Positions 13,201 to 24,400 of a stretch of 64,000 nt of DNA are shown piece by piece. The notes beneath the pieces are model-generated. The model saw nothing but the letters and a program-made list of their open reading frames with translations. It had not been told where the DNA came from and did not search any database. The first letter of the stretch is position 1; the number at the start of each line of letters is the position of its first letter. The translations under genes were made by a program, and so were the position numbers. The DNA is taken from NCBI GenBank assembly GCA_002633005.1, contig NMRA01000026.1:907432-971431 (forward strand), written 5' to 3'. Origin of the DNA: Phoronis australis. Taxonomy: Eukaryota; Animalia; Phoronida.

Positions 13201-16200
13201 GTCAGTTCACAAAAATACTTGGCCATGGTGTGCATTGTGGCGTCCACCTGTCAAAGAGTAGAATGTGATTTGATGAGATACTTCGCTCAGAGTGTAACCT
13301 GCCAACACTATAGATGGTGCTACTGTAAAATCTCGCCAGTTCAAGATACAGGAAGTCTGTCACCTGAATTTTTTCATGTTTTCAAAAATTATACACAGCA
13401 CCAGCTTGATGCTTTGACATATCTAAGTTCTGTATCATAGTTACCAACAGACAACATTTCAAAACCACGTCAAAAACATTGCTGTAAACCCCTACTGATG
13501 CACCATCTTTGATCATACGTCAAAGGGTCAACCCACTGACTGCCTTTTTTTCGAGGTGAATAACTAACTACTGATTCTCGTTACACAAAGTTCAACAACA
13601 TCTTTGGTGATGAGTACAGACTTTCAAGCAGCTTTAGACAAAAAAGTGGGACACGTCTTCAAAAAAGTCGGGATGCTTGAAAGCCTGTGAATAGCAAGCA
13701 AACTAACAGATTCCTATTACAACAGGGCTTGGAACGACCAAAGACAAACTTCCCACTCACAAGTACCATCTCTCCAGTGTGTCTATGTGATTCAGTCTTG
13801 TGAATATATGGTGCAACACAAACCGGGAATACAATGCACGACATTTACCACCCTCAACCATGATGCAAAGACGAATACCTGTCCAGCTTTAGAATTCCTC
13901 CTGAGGAAATGCAGAGGCAGCGGTCGACCCATGCTGAAGTCGAGCGCATTCAGTATTAGGCACTCCATCTTGCGGATGTCTGACTTATCATAGGCGTTGT
14001 CCGTGATGTAGACGAAGTCGGCGATCTCTGGCGCGTACATCTCCTCGTATTTGGAGGCGAGCAACATGGCAGTGACGCCAACTAACTGCAGCTTGCCCTT
14101 TGACACTTCATGTACCTGTAGGAAGCGGTCGATGAGTGCCACGGTCAGGTAGAGCGTCTCCTGTAGCAGGTGGAACCTGGAGTGCACCTGTACCAACCAG
14201 TCGACCAGGATGCCGCGCATGCGGCCATTGATAGCGTAGCCCTCCATGTAGTGGGCGCGCACGCACTGAGTTCTCTAGAAAAATGAATGACATCAATATT
14301 ATCATGATAAGATTTGAATAGGGGGGCACTCAGTGTTATATCTGCAGGGCTTGACAACAATGCAGGGGGCGGACTCCTTAACATTCTTCTAAAATTGACC
14401 TATCGCAAGCTCCACCCCCTTGCAAAATGTCGACAAGACAATGAGTTTTACCCAGTAACGTTTTTTGTCGGGTAAAATGGCAGCTTGGAAACGAAGGTGT
14501 GTCAAGAATGCTGCGTTCTAATTGGTGAGTTAAGCCGTGACTCAAAATCCTGCCGATAGGTCAATTGGTGGCATTATGGTAAAATCCTGTGGCTAGTACC
14601 CCACCTCAAATGGCCAAATTCTGGTTTCTTGCCAACCGATCTCCATGAAATTCACCAAGCCGAAGTGTTTGGGACCTCACCACAGTATATATTTGGTACC
14701 TAATGAGGACCATGTAACTTTACATCCTTCCCATGTCAAGAACAACAGTCCATCTGCTTATAGAATCAAGAAAGAAACCCATTCAAGGTGCTTTTTGGAC
14801 AACGCGAGAGAACTTTATGAAAGCAGTCACATTTCAAATTCCAGCTCTTTAAGCACTTGTAACTCTACAAACAGTAGCAACTATTCTAAAATTTCAGACA
14901 AGATTTACTGCCACAATTTACATTTTCCACTCGCGTTAGTTTGTTACACCCACTCATCATGCAGAATAAAAACCTCGATTTTTAGTCCCAAATAAAGTTT
15001 TCGATGGAACTGAAAACCTGGTAATTGAAACAAGGGTCCCGTATTTCGAAAACCAGTTTTCTCTACTGAGTAACTGTCATCAAACTAGTTATCAAAATCC
15101 GGGATGCCCGTAAGTGAATGTTGCCGAAAACCTTGCTCTTAGAGGACAGACCTACCTCAAGTTGCCTCATGTAGTCGTAGATGTCATTGACGTACTCGCT
15201 GACAAGTTGAGGGTTGTCACCATCGTTGGCGTCAATGTCCTCTACGTTTGCTAAGTGACTCTTCATTATAGGCTCTACCTCCATTGGCGACACCGACTAC
15301 AATGTAAAGTACAAATCTTTTGAAGACTTGGTCTTCAGATGCACCCATTAATGCAGCTGTGTTTCATCATGTTGCTTTCACATTTACTGAGAATAGAAAA
15401 TATCTACTAAGTATAGTGCAATACAACTTCCATGACATAATTGTAAGTCTCTTTGACAAGATTTACAAAGAACCGTAGTGACACCTACATGCAGCATTCT
15501 TTGTCAGCCGGACCAGGCTAAAAAAGAGCCAGTTATTTCAAGAACTGGTCAATCACTGCATGCATTCTATTTCTGCGAAAAATGATAATTCAGTTCAATT
15601 CCAGGTGGAGGTAGTGTGGCCTAGTGGTAGAGCTGAAACTTCCCAAACTAATGATTGCCAAGTAGGTCTCTTGTGCCATAAGAGTGTGAATACAAAGTTA
15701 AGTGAAATAGCTTTCAATTTCCATACTTACCTTCTTAGACACCTTGTCGAGCGCAAGACTGGCTGTATTCCTCGACATCTTGGGCTTGTTAATATTCGCC
15801 TTGACGAGCCCCTACCAAATTCCAAAAACAAGTCAACAAATGCAACTGCAATACAAGTGCAGACGTTTTGGCGACACTTATTTCTGCGCGTTTTGTTGCA
15901 AATTCACTCGATGCTAGTCTGCTCAGGCAGCCTTGGGTGAGTGAGAACCAATCTAGAATTGCCATTGAACAAAGCATGGGCTGTGTCATTCGATTCAGCG
16001 GAAACTAGCTGGAAACACCAGGCAATGCAGTCCAGCAATCAAATGTTAGGATTAACTAGAGTGCCACAACAAGTGTTCTCGGTCACCTCTTAATTAATGT
16101 GTTGCCGTGCCCAGTTTTTGAGACACATTTTAACAGGCTTCCTGATACATTTTGATTATTAGTTGTGAATGCTACAGCTTGTAAATAAAAATTGTAAATG

Positions 16201-19200
16201 TGCAATAAATTTAAAATTATGGTCACGTAGGACTTAATCTACAAGTTTTGCATTAATCACCAAATACCTACAACATTATTTTAAAAGTACACATCTGAGT
16301 GTAGAATTTGATTTTTGACAATCTTCCATTAATTGGGAAGAGTGATCATGTCTTCTTTGTAATTTAAAGTAAAAAAGGAAATGCACATTCAGGGCTCGAC
16401 GCTATTAAAATCGCTAGGTCGCATTTTGCGACCGAGCCAAAATCCCAGGTCGCATTTTCAAAATCCAGCTCGCATTCGTAAATGCCAGGTCGCAAANCTA
16501 AAATTGACCTATCGCAAGCTCCACCCCCTTGCAAAATGTCGACAAGACAATGAGTTTTACCCAGTAACGTTTTTTGTCGGGTAAAATGGCAGCTTGGAAA
16601 CGAAGGTGTGTCAAGAATGCTGCGTTCTAATTGGTGAGTTAAGCCGTGACTCAAAATCCTGCCGATAGGTCAATTGGTGGCAGTATGGTAAAATCCTGTG
16701 GCTAGTACCCCACCTCAAATAGCCAAATTCTGGTTTCTTGCCAACCGATCTCCATGAAATTCACCAAGCCGAAGTGTTTGGGACCTCACCACAGTATATA
16801 TTCTATTCTAAAATTTCAGAAAAGATTTACTGCCCCAATTTACGATTTTCCACTCATGTTAGCCTGCACCACAAGTCCCGTAGGCTTCTTACACTCACTC
16901 ATCATGCTGAATAAAAACCTTGATTTTTCAGTCCCAAATAAAGAATTTTCGATGGAACTGAAAACCTGGTAATTGTAACAAGGGTCCCGTATTTCAAAAA
17001 CCAGTTGTCTGTGCTGAGTAACTGTCATCAAACTAATTATCAAAATCCGGGATGCCCGTAAGTGAATGTTGCCAAAAACCTTGCCCTTAGAGGACAGACC
17101 CACCTCAAGTTGCCTCATGTAGTTGTAGATGTCGTTGACGTACTCGCTGACAAGTTGAGGGTTGTCACCATCGTTGGCATCAATGTCCTCTACGTTCGCT
17201 AAGTGACTCTTCATTACAGGCTCTACCTCCATTGGCGACACAGACTACAATGTAAAGTCCAATTTTTTTTTTAGACTTGGTCTTCAGATGCACCCATTAA
17301 TGCAGCTGTGTTTCATCATGTTGCTTTCAAATTTACTGAGAATAGAAAATATCTACTAAGTATAGTGAAATACAACTTCCATGACATAATTGTAGGGCTC
17401 TTTGACAAGCTTTACAAAGAACCGTAGTGACACCTACATGCAGCATTCTTTGTCAGCCGGACCAGGCTAAAAAAAAGAGCCAGTTAATTCAAGAACTGGT
17501 CAATCACTGCATGCATTCTATTTCTGCGAAAAATGATAATTCATTTCAATTCCGAGTGGAGGTATTGTGGCCTAGTGGTAGAGCTGAAACTTCCCAAACT
17601 AAAGATTGCCAAGTAAGGTCTCTTGTGCCAATAAGAGTGTGAATACAAAGTTAAGTGAAATAGCTTTCAATTTTCATACTTACCTTCTTCGACACCTTGT
17701 CGAGCGCAAGACTGGCTGTATTCCTTGACATCTTAGGCTTGTTAATATTCGCCTTGACGAGCCCCTACCAAATTCAAAAACAAGTCAACAAATGCAACTG
17801 CAATGCTAGTGCAGATGTTTTGGTGACACTTATTTCTGCGCGTTTTGTTGCAAATTCACTCGATGCTAGTCTGCTTAGGCAGCGTTGGGTGAGTGAGAAC
17901 CAATCTAGAATTGCCATTGAACAAAAGATGGGATGTGTCATTCGATTCAGCGGAAACTAGCTGGAAACTCCAGGCAATGCAGTCCAGAAATCAAATGTTA
18001 GGATTAACTAGAGTGCCACCACAAGTGTTCTCGATCACCTCTTAACGTGTTGCCGTGCCCAGTTTTAGAGACACGTTTGAACAGGCTTCCCGACACATTT
18101 TGATTATTAGCTGTGAATGCTACAGCTTGTAAATAAAAATTGTAAATGTGCAATAACGTAGAAAATATCTGAAACTAAATAAGGCGATCCAGATCCTCCC
18201 AAGGATACTATTGTTTCATGAAATGAAGAATATAAATCGGTAAATAAAACAACAAGAATGGATCAACTGAAATTTGAAATTTTCGGAGGTAACAACTTCC
18301 TTTATCAACAAAAACAGAAATAAAGTAAAATCAAACACAAAATGACAATTGACATATAAGATACGGTGTAATGAAAATGATACATTTTTGCGTAAAAAAT
18401 TCAATGACATATTTTAAGAAGTTTTTATGTTCAATCCATGAGGTTCTATTGTATTCAGTTTGTCTATCCAATATTGTTCTCTTTTAAGTCTGTGAGGGGT
18501 ACTGGGGTGTTGGAGTTTTTCTATTATTTGTACAGAAAGATCTTGAATATTATGGTTTTTGGAATTGAAATGATTACCTACAGTATCAGAAATGTTTTTA
18601 TGTATTATGTTAAATCTATGATTACGAAACCGAGTTTGTAGATTATGTTGAGTTTGTCCTACGTATTGGATAGAACATTTTTTACAAGTTATAAGGTAAA
18701 TAATATTGTTGGTGGTGCAATCAGAATAATGTTTTATTTCAAAGTTTTCATTGGTTTGGGAAGACTGGAAAAAAGTGCTATCGTTGATGAAGTTACACAT
18801 TTTACACCTAGTTTTGTTACATTGTGTGTTGCCAATAGGTTTGTCAGTTTGGTGTATATTGTCGATATTAGCTTTAACTAAATAATTTTTTAGATTTTTA
18901 CATTTTCTCCAAGAAATTATAGGGGGATGAGGAAATAGGTTTTTCATTTGAGGGGAAATATGCAGTGTAGAAAGATGTTTTTTGAAGACGTGGCTAATTC
19001 CGTTTAAACATGGATTGAACATAGTTATGAAAGGTATTCTATTAGTAGTATTGCCTTTAGTTTTAGTTCTTAAAGATTCATTTCGAGTAATTGAGCGGAC
19101 TTTGTCAAACTGTTTGTGTATAAGATGTAAGGGGAGATGACGTTGAATTAGATAGTACTTGAGTTCTTTTAAACGGTTATTAAAGGAAGTTTCTTCTGAA

Positions 19201-21078
19201 CAAATGCGTCGAATTCTTAGGGCAAGGCTATATGGAAGGCTTTTCTTGCAATGAAAGGGATGGCACGAGTGATATGACAGATACTGGTGTTTGTCAGTTT
19301 CTTTACAGAATAAGTCAGTGCAAAAAATTTAAAATTATGGTCACGTAGGACTTAATCTACAAGTTTTGCATTAATCGCCAAATACCTACAACATTATTTT
19401 AAAAGTACACATCTGAGTGTAGAATTTGATTTTTGACAATCTTCCATTAATTGGGAAGAGTGATCATGTAATTTAAAGTAAAAAAGGAAATGCACATTCA
19501 TACCATAACAAAACATACAGAATTGACAAAATGACCAAATTTTGTTTTTGTTTCAAGACATTAAAAGCAGTCATTTGAAAACCAACTAAAAATATGTACC
19601 TGTTTGTCTGTAACAGCTGTTCTGGTCACCTTATTGCCAATATCTCCAAGCGCTGCCCTTTGCGTGTTTCTCTTGGCGAGAGGAAGACCCTTCCCGCCAA
19701 GGACAGCATTCTCTCTGTCTGTCAGACGGAAGGTCCCAGTCTGAAAGTAATAGCACCTCATTACGCACAGGCATAAAGGGGCGATGAAAACTTTCAGAAT
19801 TGGGTTAATTCTGCAAGTTACGTGATGTTCCCGATACACGGCACAAGCTATTCTCGGAAACAATTCTGTAATTTGCATGTGCAAGAATAGTTTAAATCTA
19901 GCTGAGTGCCCACTATGGGAATACAAAGTAGTGATAGTCCTGATAAACTTTGAACAGACCGCTATGCAGTCATTTAGAACAAAAGTAGCGAGTAGCCTCC
20001 TGTCTGTCAAAGAGACTAAATTTAGATTTAGACCACTTAGATATAAAATTCATCCTTGCTGGTTTCTAACTCGTGCGAAAATCTATTCTTCACCTTGCAA
20101 AGACATGGCAGTCCATTACTCCTAGCGACCATAATTGGCAAATAAAATAACATCGTTCCCTTCAAACTAACTGCTACTTCTATTCAAGTTCAGAAATCAT
20201 GCCTACTACTATATGGACTTATGAAATTAGTCACATATTTTTCCTTAATGATAAATCAAAAATTGTGACAGAAGGCACTATGCAGCAATGACAAGGGAAC
20301 ACCCTGGACAGATTGCCCACCATAACCCCCAGACTCAAATTCAGACACCCTATCTAGGATACCCTGTTAAGCATTTGAAGTCCCAAGTAATGCCCCAGTA
20401 ATCGTATTTAAGTGCATTAACAGTAGCCCTTGGAGCTCATTAGCCTACAGAATAAGATGTAATGCATGATACGATAAACCATTAAATAAACACAGTGCCA
20501 TACCACACCAGCAGTATGACTTGCGGTTATTAAAAATGCAGTTATGATTCAATAGCCGGACTCGTGAATGCCCTTCTGGGAAACCCATTTTTGATGCCGT
20601 ATATAAAGTCTATATATCCTGGATAAACCTTTAGAGAGAATTAGGTTACGCTGCCCCCAGCAGGTATTTTAGGAACTATTTGTCAACTGGATTTCCTGGT
20701 TTTGGCGTTGGTGGTCCAACCAACTGCCGAACTGGTTGGCTTCAGACACACTCACACAGCGCGTCAGCGCCATCTTTAAAAACCGTCTTGGCTTTTACTA
20801 GTGTAACATCAATTGTGACAAGGCAATTAAAAATACTGATCATAAAATTACCCCGTGAACAGGGCTCAATCCATTGTTTGTTTCTGCAGTAACATTTGAC
20901 GCCGCTGTTTAGATTTTAGGTCTAGTTAAAAGACTATACAAAAAGTTTCGCAGTTTCACTTGACTTGACACTATCCATGACCTGCATGACCATATCCGGG
21001 TGAAACGAAACATCGCTGTGCTTTGCGTAAATTACATATAATACTTACTGGGTTGTTGGCAATACGTGACAAAGCCAT
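10269..21078 (-). CDS. CCNB: G2/mitotic-specific cyclin B (about 378 aa, 8 exons)
   Basis: Exons 21078-21049, 19740-19600 (D-box RAALGDIGN), 17764-17684 or 15811-15731, 17244-17104 or 15296-15156, 14274-13879 (cyclin box [13 protein letters not shown]...[22 protein letters not shown]), 13247-13107, 11022-10918 and 10370-10269. All junctions are GT-AG, phase 0. Confidence 0.96.
11142..11489. mobile_element. MITE-like interspersed repeat (related pieces at about 14345-14640 and 16391-16496)
   Basis: Ends cagggttaaac / gtctagccct. The internal aggtc(a/g)cattttgc(a/g)acc..gccaaaatccc segment is shared with 16415-16470. Confidence 0.5.
11573..12391. mobile_element. PIF/Harbinger-type MITE, copy 1
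   Basis: TIRs gggctgttccag...ctggaacagccc of about 30 bp with a 3-bp TSD TCA. A near-identical inverted copy lies at 23853-24541. Confidence 0.85.
14389..19500. repeat. Direct duplication of cyclin B exons 3-4 with flanking introns (14389-16391 vs 16498-19500)
   Basis: Two highly similar copies are joined at a single n (16497). Copy 2 lacks about 14694-14880 and carries the Penelope insertion. Confidence 0.9.
18157..19325 (-). mobile_element. 5'-truncated Penelope-like retroelement (RT C-terminus, linker and GIY-YIG endonuclease)
   Basis: The frame is open from about 19328 to 18414: [36 protein letters not shown], a Cys-rich linker, [19 protein letters not shown]...RFRNH, and [18 protein letters not shown]. 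The element is absent at the homologous site near 16205. Confidence 0.9.
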
Positions 21079-21184
21079 AGTCAATTCTGTGCAATAAAAA
21101 TCTAATTATTCTAGTCTTGTTCGTCCAACTTTCTCTCGTAATAAAACTTTCCAGACTGGCTCACGTTGTTTTCGTCAATTTTCT

Positions 21185-21470
21185 TTGCTCATTCAAACTT
21201 TGTGCACATCAGAGGATTAGGAGTTTGATTGGCTGGCCTATTTTCGTATCGTTCTGTGATTGGTCCTCTAGAAATGCGTTTCCAGGGCCAGGGTAAATAA
21301 TTTTTAGTGCTTTCTTAATATTCCCTCCTTTTATCCTCAAATAGTATAAATTGTTTGAATAAACTGAATTTTAGGTACAAAGCAATTTCGTATATTTGTA
21401 AGAGGTATAAGAATTTTTATTGCTTTCCTGCAGAAACACAGGTGCGCACAAAACCGCGAAGTTTGAAAAT
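21185..21470. promoter_or_regulatory. Putative bidirectional G2/M promoter (2 CCAAT boxes plus CHR elements)
   Basis: ATTGG at 21228-21232 and 21259-21263 (31 bp apart). TTTGAA lies on the minus strand at 21192-21197 and on the plus strand at 21354-21359 and 21462-21467 (the last preceded by GC-rich ccgcg). The two ATGs are 390 bp apart. Confidence 0.7.
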
Positions 21471-24400
21471 GGCGGAAAAAGCACACTTGCTGACAAGGTT
21501 TGTTTATTTGTGTAATTTTGAACTAGGTTTGATCTAATTCCAGTGAATACATAGCTTAGCATGCCGGGGTTTGAATTTCAAATCAAAGTCATATATTGTC
21601 TTATAGATGCCTCCGATTACTTTTACGCAGCACTATTTGGGCGTCAAAAAATCAAAGATCATTCAGAGAAGAATGATGTTGACGGTTACAAGCACTTATA
21701 ATTAGCTGTCCTTATCAGCAATATTAATGATTATTGGGGTCACATGCTACTTAGTTGAACACAGCTCAGTTCAGTGGGTGAAAGTCCCAGTTTAATAATT
21801 CATTCGTGGATAATAATGCGTCAGCATGACACAGTGCACACACAGGCAGGAGTCAGGGTGTAAGCAGATGCGTGTTTAACAGAGTGAGCGCCCGCTAGCG
21901 TGTACTCGCGAACACAAGGAACAGCTCCTGAACAGCTGTGAGCGCTCACTGGGCGATGCTCAGTATGGCAACTCTGAAGCAGATTGTGTTGAACGTCTTA
22001 GCCGATGAGCTTAACACTAACAGTCCTTCCTATGATAGCTCCTATTGAGTATGGCGTTTTGAGCGATAAATATGATTAATCTTTGCCAATAATTATTAAT
22101 ATCGGCAGTCCATGACAACAACCGTGAAGGCTTTGGAACGACAAGAATCGAAAATTACGTCAAGGAAACTGTTCCTCGCTACAGCGAGCCGCAATTTAAG
22201 TCGCAGTTTCGGATGAGTCGGTCAACTTTTGAGGTTAGTTCTCGTGTTGCAGAACCATAATGGGTTCATATGCTGCAGACGTGAAGCCTTCGCAGGACGC
22301 CATCTTGGAAATCTAAGCGAACATGCTCTCGAGGTTGTTCGCGAGCGCTTGCGAGCGCTGACGTGAACACAGCTGTTCAGGACGAGGGCGCTCAAATCGC
22401 TCGCGAGCACTCACTCTATTGAACACGCTTCTGGTGTTGCCTTTGTGCAAAGTTGTATACAGCTTTGCGCTCATGTGGGTAAAAAAATGGCCAATTAAAA
22501 TCTGACACAATTCATTGTCATTAAAAGCTACACTCTTCCTTGAATAAAATAAATTATTTACAAGTCAGTGTTTGGAGCAATCTCGTGCATCGGCTTTTGG
22601 CAACATGAAGTAGCGTCACCTGTAGGCCAGTTTTCTTTTTTCGACGATTACCCAATCAACTGTTCTTCCACGCATGGTTGCGTACATGTCACAACAAATC
22701 ATCGGAACTGATTTAATTCTTAAATCAACAGGCGACATTCTTTCAACTTGGCGTGACACATCTTTGCGAGTTTATTCTATGGCATCATTTGTATAGTCCT
22801 GCTTGTAAAACATTTTACAGAGAAATCAATCATCTCAGAAGTTTACCTTTGGGTGTGCTGGAAAAGAAAAACGAGCTAGATGTTGATGGGGGCTGCACTG
22901 GTGGAAGACTGACCCAGTTAAAGGTAACAGTGTGTCTTGTTCATTTCCATGGTAACAGCAGGTCAGCTAGCTAGGGTGCGAATGAAACTAGGGCTCTGTC
23001 GGCAATTCTTGGCTAGGCTTTGGGATGATTTTTGAGATCTGGTGAAAGGTGCAAGATATCGTGCATGTCCGAATTAACAGACAGGACGCTGAAATTGGGG
23101 AACTTGAAAATCAAGGGTAGGCGTTGAGCCAAGCTTGAACATTTAACAACAAGCATTGTGAATTTGGTCAATTCAGGTTAAAAGTAGTACTTAGGGACAC
23201 CATCTGCTGCAGGTGCTGCTGAAACTCTTGAAAAGGTAAGCCAAACGCGTGTGCTTTGGGAGCAAAAATTCACTCAAGACTGGTTTTCATGCGTGGACGC
23301 TTCCAAGAAAATGTTGTTTGGATATTTTGAGGGTTGAGGTAAAGACAAGGATGGGTGTTTAAGAGTGAAATCTCGCAAATTTCACTGAGGGAGGGGGGCA
23401 AGCATGGGTAACCCGTTATTAGAGTGGTGTAGTTGCTCCTAGTTCAGGCTCATTGGTAAAAGCTGGAGAAAACTACCAAGTCCATGTTCTTGGTATATGA
23501 GTTCCCACGGTTGAGTGGATCATGATGTACTCGCGGTGTTAATGTTGATGAAATATTTAACCTCCTCTTTCACATTTCAGGACAAAAGTGACAGCAACAA
23601 AATAATCTATACAGGACTCAAAACCAAAGCCAACTTTCTTAGCTTTCTGGAGAGCGTTGACAAAGAGAACTGGCCTCGTAAACAGGATATAGGTAAGAAT
23701 TATTCCATTCAGTGCAGGTTTTGAATTGAACGCAGGCTACATGATGGTAAAAGGTCCTTGTTTCTCCAGTACTGTTAAAGTGACAATACACCTCTTCAAT
23801 AAAGGGTAGATGAAACGGGCAAAGTTGAACAGAATCTTGCAAATTTATCTTAGGGCTGTTCCAGCAAAATCTGTATGGGAGGGGGGGAAGGCACTTTTAT
23901 TTCGTACCCACCGCCCATATTTTTCATTTATTTCTCCAACCCATGACCCATAATTTTTTAATTATTTTTAATAGGTTAAAATATAAAATCCAACACTTGC
24001 AAACAAATTGCCTGCAGGAGGACCTGTTAAGAACTTAGATGATTGACAGACAAGAACTAGTTGTCTTGTATAATATTGTCAAAAACTAAAGTAGCCTGTG
24101 AGCAATACTTTTGGCATAATTTCAATGAACATTTTTTCAATTATAAGAATCTATGAATCTCAAACTGTCTCCACGAACTCTTTTATACTTCTATGTCAAG
24201 TGAATATTGGAACTTGTTTATCTTACTCCTCATACTTTTTATTTAAAAATCATCAATTTTCTTATATGTGTTAACACCAGTTTAGTGTTGCATAACTTTT
24301 CAATTCAATAGGACTGCAGACAAACAGTTGGCTCAAATCAAGTTGCCCATGACTTGATTAATGACTAAGTGAGCATATTGCACTCTGTTCACTGGCNAAA

